Positions 55,793 to 64,000 of a stretch of DNA of 64,000 nucleotides are shown here, in pieces. Position 1 is the stretch's first letter. Each line of letters opens with the position of its first letter. Source of the DNA: Eledone cirrhosa (Eukaryota); assembly GCA_964016885.1 (NCBI GenBank), contig OZ024740.1:264616001-264680000 (forward strand), in the 5' to 3' direction. The notes beneath the pieces are model-generated. The model did no database searches and was not told where the DNA came from. It worked only from the letters and a program-made list of their open reading frames with translations. The translations under genes and the position numbers were made by a program.

Positions 55793-56349
55793 TTTCTTTT
55801 TAATTTGTCTTCTTGGTATATTTTTCGTAATTAATTTTTCTTATTTTATTTAACGTGACATTCAACCCTACATATTCTGAATTTATTTTTTTATAACTAT
55901 CATCTCCTTTACTTTTCTTCACCTTCACGCTATGCTGGTTTTCGGTTCTAATGACACGGAGTTTAGTACCCCTAAATGAATATTTAAATTTTAATTCGGT
56001 ATTGAGTACTCATTTCTTTAGTGCGTCGGCACAAAAAGGCCCCAATGGTCACGCCTTCCAAACTCACAATGTCTAAAAATAAATGTTAAAACGACACCAA
56101 ACCAATGATATCAACAAGATTTAGCAATCGTAATCAAAAAAACTGGTACTGAACCATACCCAGCAGAAATACACTATACTTGATTAAAATAAACCGAATC
56201 ACGCTCCATTCAAAATTATCTAACACTCCCAACATAACAACGACCAAACCTACACTAATTACCGGAGAGAAGGGCGTCAGGTTTCATCCGTTGCGTAAAT
56301 CCCTTATGCCAAGCTCCCATTAGGTTGAGCAACTAATTTAACACACGGC

Positions 56350-58760
56350 ACTAACATGGAAAGACACCACATAGGCATGTCCTTAAAAACATACCTATAC
56401 CTACAAACAGGGAATACACACTCGTTATGATACAAAGAACTAATGACTTTATCCGTCGAATCCGATGGAAAGCATATCATTACGATAAAGGACATAATAA
56501 TAATGATAGGAATGATGGATTTACCAGTGAAAAATATGGGTTCAAATCCTGTAAAAATCCCCCGAACAACCCACAACTTGATGCCTTTGAACTTGACCTC
56601 ATGAACATGATAAACGAAACCAAATTCAAAAAACGAGCGCATCACAACAAACTGCAAAATAACATCAATGCACTACTAAAAAAATTGCGTAACACCAACG
56701 GTATTATAGTAAAGGCAGACAAAACATCAAACGTATACACCATGAGCCTTAATACATACAAAAACTCTATACGCCGGGAATTACACGAAAAATACAAGAA
56801 AACTACAGAGTCTACATTCAATAACATTAATAATGAAGGACTTAAAATAGAAAAAAAAACTGAAAATATCTGATAGAACCGAACCTCTGACCCCTTGAAA
56901 ACCCACTTTTAATCTGAAAGATCATAAATGCAACTTCAAAACTGACCCTACTATTAGATTAATATGCCCATCAAAATCTGATATAGACACAATTAGCAAG
57001 TATATACTAGATAGAATAATACCACAAATTAAAGAAAAACTAATAATTAAGCTTTGGGGTAACACTAATGAAGCAATAGATTGGTTTAGCAAATTAGACA
57101 ATAAGGAATCTTCCGACTTCATACAATTTGACATCAATGACTACTACTCTATTTGTCCAGTCACCCTAAATAAGGCACTAACCTTTGCACAAATAAATCT
57201 GGCCTATCACCAGATGAAATTAAAATAATACTAGCTGCTAGAAAAACAATCATTAGGTTCGATAATAGTTACTGGGAAAGAAAAAATAGACAAAATAACT
57301 TTGATATCACTATGGGATCGAACGATTCGGCTCAAGTAACGGACATTGTCGGAATATATATAGCACGTATCTTGCATAAGGAATTTGATAACCTACAGGG
57401 AGGAATTTATAGAGACGATACATTACTTTTAACTAAAAACCTAAATAATTAAAACTTGGAAAGATTCCGTAAAAAGATTAGAACATTCTTCAATAAATTA
57501 GGCCTAAACATCACTTTTGGATTCAACTCTAAAAAAGCTAACTTCTTAGATGTATCACTTAACCTAAACATAGGATTAATTGAACCGTACCATAAAAATA
57601 ACGAAAATCTAGCTTACATTAATTATAACTCAAATCACCCTCGCTCCATAATTAACTCCATAGCACATAGTATATCCCTTAGAATTTCACAATTATCTTC
57701 TAATCTAGAGATTTTAACAAACACGCTAACTACTACAAAATAGCTTTACTTACGGCAAGCCATAAAGAGAGACTCAAATACATACCAGATACAAACAATA
57801 ACAACACACTTAACAGCAATAACACTATCCACACCTATAGACACAAACAATCTAGGACTGAACATAGAAATTGGCAACAAGCACCAGAAATAATTGAACC
57901 GAATACTAATATAAGGACCACTAGAAACTATAGAAGATGCAGAGATAGAAAATACTTATAGTTCAATCCAATATTTAACTCCTCTATAAAAACCAAACTA
58001 GCTTCTACTTTCTTTAAATTAATTGACAAGCACTTCCCTAACCTTCACAAAATACCATAACATCTTTAATAGAAATACTATCAAACTATCTTACTCAACT
58101 GCCACCAATATAGAATCGCACATACATAAAATTAACTATAAAAGAATCTCTAATACAAATAACCTGCAAACAAGCACCATAACACCAAATATAAAACACA
58201 AACACATAACACCATCACAACCAAACACACGTCAGAACACATCACGACAATACATCAACAAACCCAATTCTCAACCCATACATAACAACATACAAGACCG
58301 TATCGCGGAACCGGCACATAGGAAAGCATCAAAATGTAACTGTCATTTACCTGATAAATGCCCACTACAAAATAGATGCCTGGAGTCAAATATAGTGTAC
58401 CTATGTACTATAAATCCAGATAAATTAGCATGGCACTACATATGTTCGACGGCGGGGGAGTTCAAGAAAAGATGGTATGTCCACAGACACTCTATAAATA
58501 ACTGTAAACTTATGAACACAACGACGCTCGCCAATAAAATCTGGCAATTCAAAGATACAAACCAGGAATACAGAATTAGCTGGGTGAAGTAGTCAACGGC
58601 AATGGCCTATTGTACTGGCATGTCCCATTGTAGACTTTGCAATATGGAATTATTCCATATTTTAAAACATAACAAAATGCGACTTAACAGCAAATTTGAA
58701 CGAACAATTTTCTGTAGACATAAAACCGCGAGCAAATTCGATAATTTCAGACCAAATTAA
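56350..58760 (+). mobile_element. Penelope-like retroelement 3 (Naiad-type), near full-length but with many frameshifts and stops
   Basis: SLKNIPIP..FIRRIRWKAY, KADKTSNVY, RLICPSKSD, MGSNDSAQVTDIVG, IYRDD, NFLDV, SNHP, CNC..CPLQNRC, IVY, TTLANKIW. Confidence 0.93.
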
Positions 58761-58834
58761 TTCATCCCATCTATTCCATAATTCAAATTGTACCACCTGA
58801 ATCTATTATAATAATCTATTATAATAACCTATTA

Positions 58835-59022
58835 GGGCGGTGAATTGGCAGTATCGGTAGAGGGTTGGATGCCATGCTTTCTAGCATAGTTACGTCCCTT
58901 TGCTGTCTGAGTTCAGATCCCGCCGAGGTTAACTTTGCCTTTCATCCTTACGGGGTCGATAAAATAAAGTAGTGTACTGGGTAATTGCTGGCCTTGTGCC
59001 TAAAGTAGAAACAATTATTATT
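58835..59022 (+). mobile_element. SINE family A inserted downstream of element 3
   Basis: Matches the family consensus. Confidence 0.88.
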
Positions 59023-59439
59023 GTCATCAACTCTCAATGAACCAACATCATAACCTCTTATATTTTCTCTGTCTCTCATTTTCTATCTTTCTAATTATTT
59101 CCCTAAATTTATTTCACCTCTTACATTATATCTTGTATTAATTTCACTTCTAATATAACTTACAAATAAATAATTGATTAATTATTTAATTAATATATCA
59201 ATGTAACTAATACATATATGAATATATTTAACATTTCTATGTTTATACCATCATATCTCTATATTTTAACCACCAACTACTCTCAATAATCATACTATGT
59301 TTACTTTTCTTCGCACACATATAATTATTTTTTATATATTTTTTTATCATATTTTGTATTAATTTAAATCATCCTCGTTATAACTTATTTATTAACATTT
59401 ATTAATTTATTCATTTATTATTATTATATATATGTAAAA

Positions 59440-60058
59440 ATTTAAATGATATACGTAAAAGTTTCTTTCATATATAGTTGAGAAACAGCTATTATCATAT
59501 TTATACATATAATTGTTTCTACTTTTGGCAGGAGGCCACCAATTACTCCAGTGCATTATTGGTGCTTTATTTTATCGACACCATAAGGATGAAAGGCAAA
59601 GTTAACATTGGCGGGATTTGAACTCAGACTTTAAAGGGCCGTAACTCTATGCTGCAAAGCATGGCGTCCGACTCTCTACCAATGCTGCCATCCACCGCGA
59701 CAAGTAAATATACGGGTTCATAGAAAGAATTAAGCCAAGATTGTCTAAAGTGTGGCTTGGTTCTTTCTATGAGCGAGTACATTTATTTATCATTATATAT
59801 ATTGCCAATATCGGTGGAGGGTCGGACACCATGCTTTCCAGCATAGAATTACGTCCCTTTACGGTATGAGTTCAAATCCCACCGCGGTTAACTTTGCCTT
59901 TCATCCTTATGGGGTCGATAAAATAAAGTACCAGTAATGCACTGGGATACGTGCTGGCCTTGTGCCAAAAGTAGAAGCAATTATATATATGTACATGATA
60001 CTAGTTTTTTCTCAACTAAACATATGAAAGAGGCTTTTTTGTATATCGTTTAAATTTG
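59440..60058. repeat. Diverged about 620-bp palindrome with a SINE A copy in each arm
   Basis: Outer unique arms, inner unique arms and the SINEs at 59510-59697(-) and 59800-59983(+) are all inverted about 59745. Confidence 0.8.
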
Positions 60059-60164
60059 TATTAATTATGCTCTGAGCTTAATGTCCATTGAGCTTTCTTT
60101 GTCGAGTAACTTAATCAGTATACATTTTATATATAGAGATTTAACCTAATTATATATATATATA

Positions 60165-60244
<80 letters not shown>

Positions 60245-60282
60245 TATATATATATATGTATATAGAAATAGTGCTACAACAT

Positions 60283-60351
60283 TTAGTTCACCATTACCGA
60301 GAACAATTGTTTCACCATATTCGGATCATCAGCTCGGTAATGGTGAACTAA
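60283..60351 (-). ncRNA. Type I hammerhead ribozyme with 19-bp perfect stem I
   Basis: Minus strand: ttagttcaccattaccgag CTGATGA tccgaatatggt GAAA caattg TT ctcggtaatggtgaactaa. Confidence 0.8.
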
Positions 60352-60433
60352 CACTTGTAGAACTACTTTCTCCCAAACTCGTCTCATGGACTGAGTGCTC
60401 TACTACTACGGTAATAACCCATCAGTGTTCTAC

Positions 60434-60484
<51 letters not shown>

Positions 60485-60918
60485 TGTGAGTGTGTGGGGG
60501 GTATGTATTTATATATGTATATATATATATTTTAAGGTAAATATTTTGACTAATCAGAGGTTGCGTCATGCATTTTCTTCCAAGGTTATATGATTGACCA
60601 ACCACGTAGCCACAATCGCCATTGAAATATGTATCACAGCTTTGTTACTAAAGGACCGGTGAAAGATATTTTGAACACCACAAATAAAATAAAATGAAAA
60701 ATAAGTATAGCAATCGTTTTTGAATGAATGAAGCATGTATTTACTCTTTTCTGTAATTCAGAAAACTGTATTTAAATTTTTACACTATAGCTTTCACTAA
60801 CCTTTGTCTCGATGGCAGTAGGATCTTGTTTGAGAGAAATTTGTTTTCTATTTCTTTTGGGTATACGAACAGTTATAGTGGCTCCCATGACATAGATGCA
60901 TACATACATACACACACA

Positions 60919-60997
<79 letters not shown>

Positions 60998-61379
60998 ATA
61001 ACACACTTGGCTGTGATTTGAAATGGATTTTGCTAATATTTCTAGCAGATCGAGGTGTCACATACAATCTTTCCTTTTTGCTTCATACATATATACATAC
61101 ATGTGACTGTAGGGTGGCATCTGAAGAAAGTTTGGCTGCCATTTCTAACAGATCTAGCTAGTTACCATAAAAAGTTCTCGATTATAATACTTTATATAGC
61201 TGAGGTACCCAGAAATGCCTGTATATTCTTCCACATTAAACCTATGCGGTAAAGTTGCGACTTCAGAATTATTTGCAAACTATATGTATAAGGAATTAGG
61301 ATCGATGTGTATTGCCATTGAATGGGGAATTACGATATTGTTCATTCCAAATCTTCTGGATAAACAACATTCTTATTTT

Positions 61380-63310
61380 GCCCTATGGTGCTATGAAGAG
61401 ACAATTAGGGTTTCCAACCCTTGTAGTGACAACATCAAGCTGACGTTGATTGCCCTTGAGATTTATTGATGGTCATGGTGCCTTCAGTGGTATTCTGGGA
61501 CAGAAACAATTGCCAGCAGCAAATTTTCCTGGCATGATTGCGATTTCTAGGACACCGTACATCATATTTTTCATGATGAGTTTTGTGGCTTTGCAAAGAT
61601 TTGGGGTATCCAGATTACGAAGTATTATAACCGATACTCCAAACTTCAGTATCAGGTTGTGTGGAAGAATGTCTGCTTGTTCAAGACTGTTCAAAACATT
61701 CAGTTGGATAGTTTACACCCGGGTCTTGGAAAGTGATTGTGTCAACTGATTTGTAGCATCGGTTCTCAGCCGGTTACGTGTCCAGCAGCCTTCTGTTGAT
61801 TTCTTTCACATCAATACTTTTTGTTTGCTAAAATTGCTCGTTCCCAGAGACATGTTGGATCTCATTGTCTGATATGTATGTTTGGGAACACTCTGGCAAT
61901 CACTTCTTGTTCTGCTTCAATGATATGACTAAATGACAACTAAATCTGGACGATGCAATTCTTTTCAAATAGCCCATTTCCCAATTTAAGTAGTTGGGTG
62001 GCAAACTCACTGACACCATCGTCATCAGTCAAGTGCACTCGCATATTAGCTGTAAGTCTCAGAGACATTGATCGGATTGGCTCGGGTCCCTCGGGGAATT
62101 ACAGGTAGAGTTTGTCCTAAATCACCAGCAAGAACCATTGTCACTCCTCCCCTTATGCAGATATTTTATCTCAGATTTCTTATTGTCCAGTTCAAAGCTT
62201 CAATAGCTCGTTTATGGCTCATGCTGGCTTCATCCCAAATTATCATCTTGCATATTTGCAGAATTTTGACCTTGGGTGAGTTCCTCTTGATGTTGCAAAA
62301 GATTGTTCATGCCGTGTGAGCTCTATGGGCAACTTAACTATAGTGTGTGCAGTTCTTTTTCCGTCCAGAAGTGTTGCTGCAATGTCACTTGAAGCCTCTG
62401 TAAGGGCAATATGTTGCTATTGACGAACTGTTCTAAGCAGGAGGTTTATGAGGAATGTCATCCCTGTGCCAGCAGGAACATCGATAAAGAAAAGCCCTCC
62501 CTTGTATTTTTTGAATGTATTACATGATATTGTAGTGTTTGTATTTCTGGTCATCCGCCAAACGATGTTCTTTTTCATCAATTCCACATGCTGCCACATG
62601 CTGTAAGTATAATACCAAGCAACTGCCTTATTTGACTGGTTACACAACCGACGACGGCTTCTTCTAGACTCTTCTTACACAGTCCATGTCATGCAGGAGT
62701 CCATGCTGTTTACATGCCCCTTGGTGTGTTGCGCACACTCTTCCTCCGAAGCACCCGAGATCCTCAAATGACGTCGGTCCCTGAAAAATATGCAGGAATA
62801 GCCGTAAACAAATACAATCTCTGATTTGGGGGTGGACATTGTAAACACACTCAATAGCAGCATGCCCCATGACCTCTTGAACTTCCACTAAATGACACTG
62901 CTTCCTTCGATTCCAGGTCTTGCAATTGATCGAGGTGTAGTATGTTGGGATGTGAGCATATAGGAGGGATCAAATTCCTTATTCTGATAGGTTTAAAAAG
63001 CAGTGTCAGCTTGTACTCGTGCCAACTGGTGAGCAGTGGTCTCAGTGATGTGCACTCTTTGTCTATTTTCTAGATGGACTGCATGGTTGACAACTGTTGG
63101 GGAACTTTAGGGGATATAAAATCCCAAATCCGCCAGATAGGTTTATTGCTGGAGATGTATCGACCTGTCTGACACTGTTTGATATTAACCAAACCACATT
63201 CATTGAGATCTTTGTCAGTAACGAATGTAGCCATGTCACTGCCCTTGTTGAAATATTCTTTGACATATAGTATTGCTTTGACAGAGCTGCAATACTCAAT
63301 ATTAATGAAA
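61380..63310 (-). pseudogene. Decayed Helitron Rep/PIF1-helicase coding region
   Basis: INIEYCSSVKAI..YFNKGSD, GRYISS..WRI, LRLFLHIFQGPTSFEDL, FFIDVPAGTGMTFLINLLL (degenerate Walker A), LPHNLILKFGVSVIILRNLD, PRIPL. Confidence 0.9.
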
Positions 63311-64000
63311 GCTTTTAGAAGTTTACACAACATTTTGATTTGTGAACCACCCATCGATAGGTCAATGGTCAACTCTAATTCATAAAACATTGGAAAAAAT
63401 AACGCCAAAATGTATCAGACAATATGAATATATAATCTTAATTTCCCAGGGTTTGTTTGTACTATCTAAACTATAATAAAGTAAGCAGCGCGTGACTGCG
63501 TACGGTTTATAATGTATTACCCTATTAGTAAAATAAGTTTGATTACTTTGAATAAATAATGAATGAATATTACATAATGTATCTAATAAATTTCGTGGCT
63601 TTTGATTAAATATATTTTGTTTATTTAAAGATTCACTTCTTTACAATTTCTGAAATGTCAACACTTCCGGTTGACCATCGCTTACTAATCTTCTGTCACT
63701 AATTTCCTCCTAATGCAATTTATATATAATATCGTATTTTTTAATGTATCATGGATTTCGTTACTGATTAAATAAGACAGTGTAACGCAGTCGTTGTTCA
63801 ATTTCTGTGTATTATATATTGTCAATTGCGATTTTATTTGATGTATCATATCTATATGTATATATACCTGCGTATAATATCAATACACACACTACACATG
63901 CTAGCAGAAAACCACCCGAGGGTATATATTGTTAACATTAGAGAGAAGAAAAGTCGAAGGTCTGCACACACACACACACACACACATACACACACACACA

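Overview
AT-rich, microsatellite-dense animal genomic DNA. The repeat content (tRNA-derived SINEs with a Meta-like domain, RTE LINE tails, long (TA)n/(CA)n) most resembles an octopus or other cephalopod genome; that is inference. No host protein-coding exon could be recognised, and most ORF-track entries are translated microsatellites. The window holds four decayed Penelope-like retroelements (three Naiad-type, one Neptune-type), RTE fragments, a decayed Helitron RepHel, non-autonomous Helitron-like elements and about 20 SINEs. The main unexpected signal is 12 minimal type I hammerhead ribozyme (HHR) motifs with all three stems, plus degenerate ones. Several lie in small non-coding, circularly permuted or fold-back units of about 320-520 bp that look like retrozymes (HHR circular-RNA retroelements). 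One 321-bp family occurs at two loci, uses a non-canonical U3-A8 core (UUGAUAA) and shows compensatory changes in every stem. All structures were folded by eye, and repeat boundaries are approximate.
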